DNA of 64,000 bases, taken from an uncultured Clostridia bacterium (lineage in GTDB: Bacteria > Bacillota > Clostridia > Christensenellales > Aristaeellaceae). Both the position numbers and the translations under genes were made by a program. The notes beneath the pieces are model-generated. The model did no database searches, had not been told where the DNA came from, and saw only the letters and a program-made list of their open reading frames with translations. Below are positions 43,239 through 50,882 of this stretch, piece by piece (position 1 is the stretch's first letter; each line of letters starts with the position of its first letter). Location of the stretch: NCBI GenBank assembly GCA_934631985.1, contig CAKTYE010000001.1:7250-71249 (forward strand), read 5' to 3'.

Positions 43239-43267
43239 ATCATAACGAAAATTTTACGGGATGTCAA
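43239..43267 (-). promoter_or_regulatory. Promoter of the ABC-F gene
   Basis: On the minus strand: TTGACA (43267-43262), 17-nt spacer, TATGAT (43244-43239). Confidence 0.6.
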
Positions 43268-43271
43268 GCGC

Positions 43272-44033
43272 TTATTGCGCAGCTTGCGGGGCCGCGTCAT
43301 GGCTCAGCGTGATTTCGCAGAAGTATTCCAGCGCATGACCGTTTGCGTCCGTCCCCTTCAGTGTTGCAGTGGCGCGGTCGCACTGGGGGTAATTCGTGCC
43401 GATGTTGTAGACCGCCAGCGCTTCGCCCTGAATGAGCATATCGCTTTCCATCTGCTGGCGCAGCTGCGCCTGCGTCAGCCGCATTAAGGCTTGCTCCTCC
43501 TGACCTTTATAGAACTGGATGAGCAGCTTTTCCGGGGAGAAGGGAACATCGCTTTCGTTGCGCATGGTCAGGTCCATCTTCCAGCCGCGGCCTATGTCGG
43601 CATAGGTCTGCTGATAGACAATGGCTTCCTTGGGGACGAAAATGACCTGCGCCGTATCTTGCGACCGATTCCAGTGGATCAGGGCCAGCACCAGCACCAG
43701 CGAGAGCACTGCCGCCAGCGCGGCACCCACAAACAGCATCCAGGGCTTTACCCGCCGGGGCTTGGGCGCAGGGGCTGCCTCCTCTGGGAAGATAGGCTCC
43801 TCGGGCGCAGACGCATCCGCCATCGCAGCGTTCAGCTCGCTGTTTTCCAGCGAGAAGAAATTATAGTCCAGCACCTGGGACAGGCGGCGGGCCATATCCA
43901 AATCGGGCAGGGTGCGTCCGTTTTCCCAGTGGGAGATATTCGAGCGGGAGGTTTGCAGCGCTGCCGCAAGTTGCTCCTGCGTCATGTCATGGGCCTTGCG
44001 TACACGCAGCAACTCTTCGCTAAAGGTGGTCAT
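43272..44033 (-). CDS. XRE-family helix-turn-helix protein with a TM segment and an extracytoplasmic domain
   Basis: 253 aa. HTH_3-type N-terminus (R....MTQEQLA..L..SR..IS.WE.G...P). TM segment WMLFVGAALAAVLSLVLVLALI. Confidence 0.8.
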   Translation of the reverse strand: MTTFSEELLRVRKAHDMTQEQLAAALQTSRSNISHWENGRTLPDLDMARRLSQVLDYNFFSLENSELNAAMADASAPEEPIFPEEAAPAPKPRRVKPWMLFVGAALAAVLSLVLVLALIHWNRSQDTAQVIFVPKEAIVYQQTYADIGRGWKMDLTMRNESDVPFSPEKLLIQFYKGQEEQALMRLTQAQLRQQMESDMLIQGEALAVYNIGTNYPQCDRATATLKGTDANGHALEYFCEITLSHDAAPQAAQ

Positions 44034-44140
44034 TCATCGATCACGCACTTTCTGACTTTTCTTGGAAAAATGCTTCTTTAGTATAGCAGATTTCACTGCA
44101 CAGGGCAAGCAAAACGGAACGAAAAGGCGCACATCCGCGC

Positions 44141-44169
44141 TTTCTTTTCCATAAGAATCATGCTATAAT
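44141..44169 (+). promoter_or_regulatory. Promoter upstream of aroE (extended -10)
   Basis: TGCTATAAT with -10 at 44164-44169. The -35 box (TTTCTT) is weak. Confidence 0.5.
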
Positions 44170-44205
44170 TTAACCGATTGTGTTCGAAGTGAGAGGAGGC
44201 TGGCG

Positions 44206-44991
44206 ATGCAGCATTATGCGTTGCTGGGCGAAAGGCTGGGCCACAGCCTGTCCGTACCCATTCATGAAGCTATTTTCCGACATATGGGCATACAGGCGGA
44301 TTATCGCCTGATCGAAATTCCGCGTGGGGAGCTGGCGGTGCGCTTTCCGCAGCTGCGGCAGACGCTGAACGGCTGCAATGTCACCATTCCTTACAAGCAG
44401 GAGATCATGCCCCTGCTGGATGGCATGAGCGATTTTGCGCGTCAGGTGGGCGCAGTGAACACTGTTTCCATGGCGGACGACGCTGCCTGGGGCGATAACA
44501 CAGATGTGGCGGGCTTCCGCGCCATGCTGGAGCATCAGGGCATTGATCCGTCCGGGGTGGATGCCTATGTGATGGGAACGGGCGGCGCATCCCACGCGGC
44601 GGTGACGGCGCTGCATGCCATGCAGGCCCGCAGCGTGACCCTTGTTTCGCGGCATCCCGAAGGGACGGAGATCGGCTATGACCAGCTGGCGGCGCAGGGC
44701 GCGGGCGTGCTGGTCAACTGTACCCCTGCGGGCATGTATCCGCAGGTGGAGGGGTGCCCTCTGAACGCAGCGCAGCTTGCAGCGCTGCTGCCGCGCCTGA
44801 CCGGGGTGGCAGACATGATCTACAATCCGGCAGAGACGGTGCTGACCCGCGCAGCCCGGGCGGCGGGTGTGAACGCCTGCACGGGCATGTACATGCTGGT
44901 GCATCAGGCGGTGGCGGCGGAGGAGATCTGGCACCGCTGCATACTGGGCCGCGCCCTGACCGATACGCTGATGAAGGAGCTGACGATTTGA
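44206..44991 (+). CDS. aroE: Shikimate dehydrogenase
   Basis: 261 aa. Contains SLS.PIH, N.TIPYK and GAVNT motifs plus the NAD(P) loop GTGGAS. Confidence 0.9.
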   Translation: MQHYALLGERLGHSLSVPIHEAIFRHMGIQADYRLIEIPRGELAVRFPQLRQTLNGCNVTIPYKQEIMPLLDGMSDFARQVGAVNTVSMADDAAWGDNTDVAGFRAMLEHQGIDPSGVDAYVMGTGGASHAAVTALHAMQARSVTLVSRHPEGTEIGYDQLAAQGAGVLVNCTPAGMYPQVEGCPLNAAQLAALLPRLTGVADMIYNPAETVLTRAARAAGVNACTGMYMLVHQAVAAEEIWHRCILGRALTDTLMKELTI

Positions 44992-45425
44992 TGAAACGTT
45001 TTCTGATTCTGAACGGGCCGAATATCAACTTCACGGGCATCCGCGAGGTAGGGGTGTACGGCGCGGAGACGTATGAGGCGATCCTGGAATACATTCGCCG
45101 GGAGGCGGAACGGCTGGGCTGTCAGGTGGAATTTTTTCAGAGCAACCACGAGGGCGCGCTGATTGATGCGCTGCAAAAGGCGCATTTGGACGGGCTGGAC
45201 GGCGTGGTGTTCAATCCCGGCGGGTATACGCACACCTCTGTGGCGCTGCACGATGCGATTGCATCCATTACGCCCCCGGTGGCTGAGGTGCATTTTTCCA
45301 ACATCCAATCGCGCGAGGGCTATCGGCATGTGTCCCTGACCGCGCCCGCCTGCGTGGGGCAGATTGCGGGCTTCGGCAAGCAGGGCTATGTGCTGGCGCT
45401 GGAGGCGCTGCTGGCGCGGGGCTGA
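44991..45425 (+). CDS. aroQ: Type II 3-dehydroquinate dehydratase
   Basis: 144 aa. Sequence ILNGPNIN..G.RE...YG ... QSNHEG.LID ... NPG.YTHTSVAL.DA. The start overlaps the aroE stop (TGATG). Confidence 0.9.
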   Translation: MKRFLILNGPNINFTGIREVGVYGAETYEAILEYIRREAERLGCQVEFFQSNHEGALIDALQKAHLDGLDGVVFNPGGYTHTSVALHDAIASITPPVAEVHFSNIQSREGYRHVSLTAPACVGQIAGFGKQGYVLALEALLARG

Positions 45426-45462
45426 CGTTTTTTCAGAAATACCAAAGGAGGAGCTTTTTTCC

Positions 45463-47229
45463 ATGCATACCCAGGCAAAAAAGAGTAAGGGGCTGATTCG
45501 GCGTTTTCTGCCGTACTACAGACGCTATGCCAAAACAGTGGCCTTCGACCTGTTCTGCGCGTCCATGACCACGGTGTGCGAGCTGGTGCTGCCGCTGATC
45601 GTTTCCGCGATCACGGGACGCGCCACCACGGACCTGTCCACGCTGACGACCAGCTTCATTTTGAAGATGGGCGGACTGTATCTGCTGCTGCGGATCATCG
45701 ACGCGGCGGCGAATTATTACATGCAGTCCGTGGGCCACATCATGGGCAGCCACATCGAGACGGATATGCGTACCGAGCTGTTTGCCCACCTGCAGCAGCT
45801 CTCTTTCCATTATTACAGCGAAACAAAGGTGGGACAGATCATGTCCCGCATGACCTCCGACCTGTTTGAGGTGACAGAGTTCTCCCACCACTGCCCGGAG
45901 GAATTCTTCATTGCGGGTATCAAGATTCTGGCGAGCTTTCTGATTTTGTGCGGCATGAATGTGCCGCTGACGCTGTGCATGTTTGCGGTGCTGCCGCTGA
46001 TGCTCATTGCCACCCGCTACTTCAACAAGCGCATGCGGGAGGTGTTCAAGGCCCGCAACACGCAGGTGGGCGAGATCAACGCCCAGGTGGAGGACAGCCT
46101 GCTGGGCATCCGCGTGGTGAAGTCCTTTGCCAATGAAAATATTGAGGAAAAGAAGTTTGACGAGGGCAATCAGAAGTTCCTGGAGCTGAAGAAGCAGTCC
46201 TACCGCTGCATGGCAGCCTTCGGCACCTCCAACCGCGTGTTCGACGGCCTGATGTACATTGTGGTGCTGGTGCTGGGTGCGTTCCAGATGAAGGCGGGGC
46301 GGCTGACAGCCGGCGAGTTTACCGCCTATCTGCTGTACACGAACACGCTGCTGAACTCCATCCGCCGTATTGTGGAATACACCGAGCAATTTCAGCGAGG
46401 CATGACGGGCATCGAGCGCTTCTTTGAGATCATGGACGCGCCCCGGGAGATCACCGACAGTCCCGACGCGAAGCCGCTGGGACAGGTGAAAGGCGAGGTG
46501 ACCTTCGACAATGTGGGTTTCCACTACGGGGACGATCAGCATGATGTGCTGCATCACCTGAACCTGCATGTGCGCCCCGGCGAGTCCGTGGCGCTGGTAG
46601 GTCCCTCAGGCAGCGGCAAGACCACGCTGTGCAACCTGATCCCCCGCTTTTATGATGTGACGGAGGGTCACATCCGCATTGACGGCAAGGACATTAAGGA
46701 CGTGACGCTGCACAGCCTGCGCAGCGCCATCGGTATGGTGCAGCAGGAGGTATACCTGTTTTCCGGCTCGGTATATGACAACATTGCCTACGGTAAGCCG
46801 GGGGCCAGCCGGGAGGAGGTCATCGCCGCCGCAAAGCTGGCGGGTGCGCATGACTTTATTGCCGCCCTGCCCCAGGGCTATGATACCTTTGTGGGCGAGC
46901 GGGGCGTGAAGCTCTCCGGCGGACAGAAGCAGCGCATTTCCATTGCTCGCGTGTTCCTGAAAAATCCACCCATTCTGATCCTGGACGAGGCCACCTCCGC
47001 GCTGGACAATGAAAGCGAGCGGCTGGTGCAGCACTCGCTGGAAAAGCTGGCGAAGGGCCGCACGGTGTTCACCATCGCCCATCGACTGACCACCATTCGC
47101 GGTGCGGACACCATTTGGGTACTGACGGAAAAGGGTGTGGAGGAGCAGGGCTCTCATGCAGAGCTGATGCAGAAGGACGGCCTATACGCCCATCTTTATG
47201 AAATGTACACGGATAAGGGGGAAGTATAA
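45463..47229 (+). CDS. ABC exporter, fused permease/ATPase (MsbA/multidrug type)
   Basis: 588 aa. AAAGGAGGAG RBS. Six-TM N-terminal half. Walker A GPSGSGKTT, signature LSGGQKQRISIAR, Walker B ILILDEATSALD. Confidence 0.9.
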   Translation: MHTQAKKSKGLIRRFLPYYRRYAKTVAFDLFCASMTTVCELVLPLIVSAITGRATTDLSTLTTSFILKMGGLYLLLRIIDAAANYYMQSVGHIMGSHIETDMRTELFAHLQQLSFHYYSETKVGQIMSRMTSDLFEVTEFSHHCPEEFFIAGIKILASFLILCGMNVPLTLCMFAVLPLMLIATRYFNKRMREVFKARNTQVGEINAQVEDSLLGIRVVKSFANENIEEKKFDEGNQKFLELKKQSYRCMAAFGTSNRVFDGLMYIVVLVLGAFQMKAGRLTAGEFTAYLLYTNTLLNSIRRIVEYTEQFQRGMTGIERFFEIMDAPREITDSPDAKPLGQVKGEVTFDNVGFHYGDDQHDVLHHLNLHVRPGESVALVGPSGSGKTTLCNLIPRFYDVTEGHIRIDGKDIKDVTLHSLRSAIGMVQQEVYLFSGSVYDNIAYGKPGASREEVIAAAKLAGAHDFIAALPQGYDTFVGERGVKLSGGQKQRISIARVFLKNPPILILDEATSALDNESERLVQHSLEKLAKGRTVFTIAHRLTTIRGADTIWVLTEKGVEEQGSHAELMQKDGLYAHLYEMYTDKGEV

Positions 47230-47230
47230 A

Positions 47231-48682
47231 ATGTTGGAAAAGGCTGTTCGGCAGGAGCTGCCTGCCATTTGTGAGTTGTACAAGGCTGCCATTGACAGCA
47301 TGCATGCCGAGGGGAATCACCAGTGGTGCTGGGGGGAATATCCCACTGAGGACATGCTGGCAGAGGACATTGCGCTGGGACGGCTGTATGTGGCCCAGGA
47401 GGATGGTCAGCCCATTGCGGCGGTGGTGGTGGATACGGCGCAGGACGCGCAGTATGCCGCGATCCCGTGGCTTTTCGGCGTAAAGCCCGGGTGTTTCCAT
47501 CGCCTGGCGATCTCGCCTGCCCAGCAGGGCAAGGGCCTGGGCAAGCGTCTGCTGGCGGAGATGGAGGACACGCTCCGTGCTATGGGTTGCGACTGCCTGC
47601 GCTGCGACACCCGCGTGGAGAATGCCCGCGCGTTGCGCCTGTACGAGGGCGCAGGCATGCGCCGGGTGGGGGCCGTTCATTATCCCCCGGACATGCAGAC
47701 GGATTATCCCTGCCTGGAAAAACCCCTGACGGAGGAATGCCCGTTGCTGCCGGTGCCGATGACCTCGGCCTTCCGCGGCGGTAGCCTGACCCCTTGGGGC
47801 GGCAGCAAGCTCCGGGAGGTGTACGGCAAGGATATTCCCAACGATACCACGGGCGAAAGTCTGGAATGCAGCTGCATTCCCGGATTGGAAAGCACGGACC
47901 CCACGGGCACCAAGCTGCCTGAGCTGATAGCGCGTTATGGCGCGAAGCTGGTGGGCCGCTATGCAGGCAAGACCTTCCCGCTGCTGCTGAAGCTGCTGGA
48001 CGCGAAGCAGGATCTGAGCGTGCAGGTGCATCCCAACGATGCCTATGCCCATGAGCATGAGCATGGCAAGCTGGGCAAGACGGAGGCCTGGCTGATTTTG
48101 CAGGCGGATGAGGGCAGCGAGCTGGTTTACGGCATCAAGCCCGGCACGGATTTAGCGACCCTGCGCACGGCCTGCGAGGCGGGTGCGGCGGTGCGGCCGC
48201 TGCTGCGCCGGGTGAAGGTGAAGCCCGGGGACGTGTGCTTCATTCCGGCGGGCTGCGTTCACGCCATTGGCGAGGGGATCATGCTCTATGAGATTCAGCA
48301 GTCCTCCGATGTGACGTACCGCTTCTATGATTGGGATCGTGTGGATGCGAAGGGCAACAAGCGAGAGCTGCACCTGGAAAAGGCGCTGGCGGTGACAGAT
48401 CTGAGCTTTGCGCTGGACCCCGTGCCTGCGCCGGATGCGCCCTGCGCCCGTGTACTGGACACCACCTATTTCACGCTGGACCTGATGAAGGTGGAGGGTG
48501 AAGCGGAAGTGCCTGCGGTGCAGGACTTCGGCATTTTGACGGCGCTGGATAATGTAACGCTGTGCTGGGAGGGCGCAAGCCGCGCGCTGAAAGCGGGGCA
48601 GACGCTGCTGGTGCCTGCGACGGCCCCGGCGCTGACGGTTCGTGGGCACGGGCGCGTGGCGCTGGCAATGGCGAAGGAGTGA
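47231..48682 (+). CDS. Fusion protein: N-terminal GNAT acetyltransferase plus C-terminal class I mannose-6-phosphate isomerase
   Basis: 483 aa. GNAT motif QQGKGLGKRLL lies at about aa 100-110. PMI motifs follow: WGG, KLLDA...LSVQVHP, and GKTEAW...G cupin His/Glu ligands. Confidence 0.8.
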   Translation: MLEKAVRQELPAICELYKAAIDSMHAEGNHQWCWGEYPTEDMLAEDIALGRLYVAQEDGQPIAAVVVDTAQDAQYAAIPWLFGVKPGCFHRLAISPAQQGKGLGKRLLAEMEDTLRAMGCDCLRCDTRVENARALRLYEGAGMRRVGAVHYPPDMQTDYPCLEKPLTEECPLLPVPMTSAFRGGSLTPWGGSKLREVYGKDIPNDTTGESLECSCIPGLESTDPTGTKLPELIARYGAKLVGRYAGKTFPLLLKLLDAKQDLSVQVHPNDAYAHEHEHGKLGKTEAWLILQADEGSELVYGIKPGTDLATLRTACEAGAAVRPLLRRVKVKPGDVCFIPAGCVHAIGEGIMLYEIQQSSDVTYRFYDWDRVDAKGNKRELHLEKALAVTDLSFALDPVPAPDAPCARVLDTTYFTLDLMKVEGEAEVPAVQDFGILTALDNVTLCWEGASRALKAGQTLLVPATAPALTVRGHGRVALAMAKE

Positions 48683-48779
48683 AGCATCGTTTTTAGGCAT
48701 GGGATGAAAGAGCTTTTGGGTGGAATAGGCTGTTGAAAAATGGGGTCGCTTTTGATGTGGGACTGGCGGCACACGACCG

Positions 48780-49240
48780 CGCTGTTTTCTCGGCTGGAGA
48801 GCGTTTCGTCCGTCTGCGGACGGACGACCTACTTTGCACTCGGGCAAAGTAGGCAAAGCCGCCCGGGGGCCAGCCAAATTTTCCATGTAACTAAGGCTGG
48901 CCCCCGGACCCCATGAGCGCTCCCAGCCATCATCTGGATCGGAGCCTTCCCAGGGGGACACAACCGGGGTCTCCTTCGGTTCCACTCCATGGCATTCCGT
49001 CGGCTGACCGTATACAGCCGCCGGAACGCCTTGTCGCTCAGGCTAGGCGCAAGCAGCAAAAAGTTACCTGCCCTGAAAGCATCCATTATGCAGCATGGAC
49101 ACAGTGAAGTCGCACCAAAACCAAAAGCCTCCCCTGAAAGGGGAGGTGTCCCGAAGGGACCGAGAGGTTCCATCTTCCCCTCAAAAGCATCCTTCCGCAG
49201 AAGGAGGGGGACCGCCCGACGGGAGTCGGGTGGTGGAAGA
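48780..49240. other. Hairpin-dense non-coding region (candidate structured RNA; strand unknown)
   Basis: Perfect stems: 48807-48814/48819-48826 (8 bp, 4-nt loop); 48828-48837/48844-48853 (10 bp); 48863-48875/48895-48907 (13 bp, 19-nt loop); 49128-49134/49140-49146 (7 bp); 49148-49152/49156-49160 (5 bp); 49191-49195/49200-49204 (5 bp); 49215-49220/49225-49230 (6 bp). No ORF with an RBS and no protein-like translation. Confidence 0.4.
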
Positions 49241-49332
49241 TATGCTCACCCATGGGTCTATCAAATAGTTTATTCATAATGTCATGGCTGCACATCCGTG
49301 CATAGCTGTATGCTGCCAGAACTGAAAAAACG

Positions 49333-49380
49333 TCAATAAAAACAGGCCGTTGATACAAATCCTTGCATCAACGGCCTGTT
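49333..49380 (-). terminator. Intrinsic terminator downstream of the Rrf2 gene
   Basis: 14-bp perfect stem AACAGGCCGTTGAT/ATCAACGGCCTGTT with a 12-nt loop, then TTTTTATTGACGTTTTTT on the minus strand. Confidence 0.85.
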
Positions 49381-49383
49381 CCT

Positions 49384-49824
49384 TTATGCCTGGGGTTCCT
49401 GAGTTTGCTGCACTTCCTTATCCTGTGCCATCACATCCGCCAGCGTCACGCCATGCAAATATTCAGTAATAACGCGCTCCATGCCCTGCCACACGGGAAG
49501 GGTGGGGCAGAAATCACAGCGGGGGCAGGCGTTGGGGGAATGGTCTAAGCAGGCCACCGGGGCCAGCGAACCTTCCGTGACCTGCAAAATCGCGCCTACG
49601 GTGTAGGACGCAGGGGGCTGCACCAGACGATAGCCGCCCTGATGCCCGCGCACGGCTTGCAGCATACCCGCCTGGGTCAGCTGCAAAGCGATCTGCTCCA
49701 TATATTTCTTGGAGATGTCCTGCCGGGCGGCAATATCCTTCAGGGCAACAAGTCCCTGATCCTGATGCTCGGCAATGTCCATCATCATCCGCAGCGCATA
49801 GCGCCCCTTGGTCGAAATCTTCAT
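49384..49824 (-). CDS. Rrf2-family transcriptional regulator with a Cys cluster (IscR/CymR-like)
   Basis: 146 aa starting MKISTKGRYALR, the canonical Rrf2 N-terminus. GGGAG lies 9 nt upstream; the in-frame ATG at 49833 has no spacer after it. Cys cluster is C....NAC.RC..C. Confidence 0.85.
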   Translation of the reverse strand: MKISTKGRYALRMMMDIAEHQDQGLVALKDIAARQDISKKYMEQIALQLTQAGMLQAVRGHQGGYRLVQPPASYTVGAILQVTEGSLAPVACLDHSPNACPRCDFCPTLPVWQGMERVITEYLHGVTLADVMAQDKEVQQTQEPQA

Positions 49825-49908
49825 GCGTATCATCTCCCAATGGGCATATCATACCATGACTGCGGCGGTTTTTCAATCCTTTGGGACGCTTTTCTCAGAG
49901 AAATCCTA

Positions 49909-49937
49909 TTGACAAACTAGCTTTTGCGGGCTATCCT
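49909..49937 (+). promoter_or_regulatory. Promoter candidate upstream of tcdA
   Basis: TTGACA, 17-nt spacer, TATCCT. Confidence 0.45.
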
Positions 49938-49976
49938 ACCACACGAAAGAAAGAACAGAAGCAGTGGGGGAAAAGC

Positions 49977-50729
49977 ATGGATCAATTTGCACGGACGGAG
50001 CTTGTGCTGGGCCGGGAGGTCGTGGCAGAATTGAAGCAGCGGCGGGTCGCCATCTTTGGGGTCGGCGGCGTGGGCGGCTATGCTGCGGAGGCGCTGGTGC
50101 GCAGCGGCGTGGGCGCGATCGACCTGTTTGACGATGATCGGGTATGCCTGACGAACCTGAATCGGCAGCTGATCGCCACACGCTCCACGGTGGGGCAGTA
50201 TAAGGTGGATGTGATGGAGGCACGGCTGAAGGACATCAACCCGGCGGTGCAGGTGACCACGCACAAGCTGTTTTACCTGCCGGATACGGCGGACAGCATC
50301 GATCTGAGCGTCTATGATTATGTGGTGGACGCCGTGGACACCGTGACGGCGAAGGTGGAGCTGATCTGCCGTGCAAAGGCGTCGGGGGTGCCGGTCATCA
50401 GCGCCATGGGTGCGGGCAACAAAATCGACCCGGGTCGGCTGAAGGTTGCGGATATTTATGAGACGCGGGTCTGCCCGCTGGCGCGGGTCATGCGCCGGGA
50501 GCTGAAGCGCCGGGGCATTCGCAGCCTGACGGTGGTCTATTCTGACGAGGAGCCGGTAAAGCCTATCGACGATCCGTCCATCAGCTGCCGCTACCACTGC
50601 GTGTGTCCGCCCGGCACGGTGCGCAAATGCACCGCGCGGCGGGATATTCCCGGCAGCACGGCCTTTGTGCCGCCTGTGATGGGCATCATGATCGGCGGAA
50701 AAATCGTCCGGGATCTGATCGGGCGCTGA
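49977..50729 (+). CDS. tcdA: tRNA threonylcarbamoyladenosine dehydratase (ThiF/MoeB-family E1-like)
   Basis: 250 aa. Contains GVGGVGG, D.D.V..TNLNRQ and SAMGAGNK motifs. Confidence 0.8.
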   Translation: MDQFARTELVLGREVVAELKQRRVAIFGVGGVGGYAAEALVRSGVGAIDLFDDDRVCLTNLNRQLIATRSTVGQYKVDVMEARLKDINPAVQVTTHKLFYLPDTADSIDLSVYDYVVDAVDTVTAKVELICRAKASGVPVISAMGAGNKIDPGRLKVADIYETRVCPLARVMRRELKRRGIRSLTVVYSDEEPVKPIDDPSISCRYHCVCPPGTVRKCTARRDIPGSTAFVPPVMGIMIGGKIVRDLIGR

Positions 50730-50780
50730 GTGGGTTCGACTTTGCAAACAATTTATCATGGCGGAAGTCATTTCCACTCT

Positions 50781-50808
50781 TTCCAAGCAGCGAGAAAGCG
50801 TGTATAAT
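50781..50808 (+). promoter_or_regulatory. Promoter upstream of pyk (extended -10)
   Basis: TTCCAA, 16-nt spacer, TGTATAAT. Confidence 0.5.
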
Positions 50809-50882
50809 AAATTGGTATGAACAGCAAAGCTAGACTGGAAAAGAAACGCCGCAAACGCGGCATAGGAAGGATGAAACGCCGT

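Noticed and set aside
48683-49332. RNase P RNA, tmRNA or SRP RNA
   Set aside because: The hallmark strings are absent on both strands: GGAAAGTCC for P4, a T-arm GGTTCGA..CC with a 3' CCA and tag ORF, and the GGAA-capped SRP helix with AGCAGC symmetry. The region remains unclassified.
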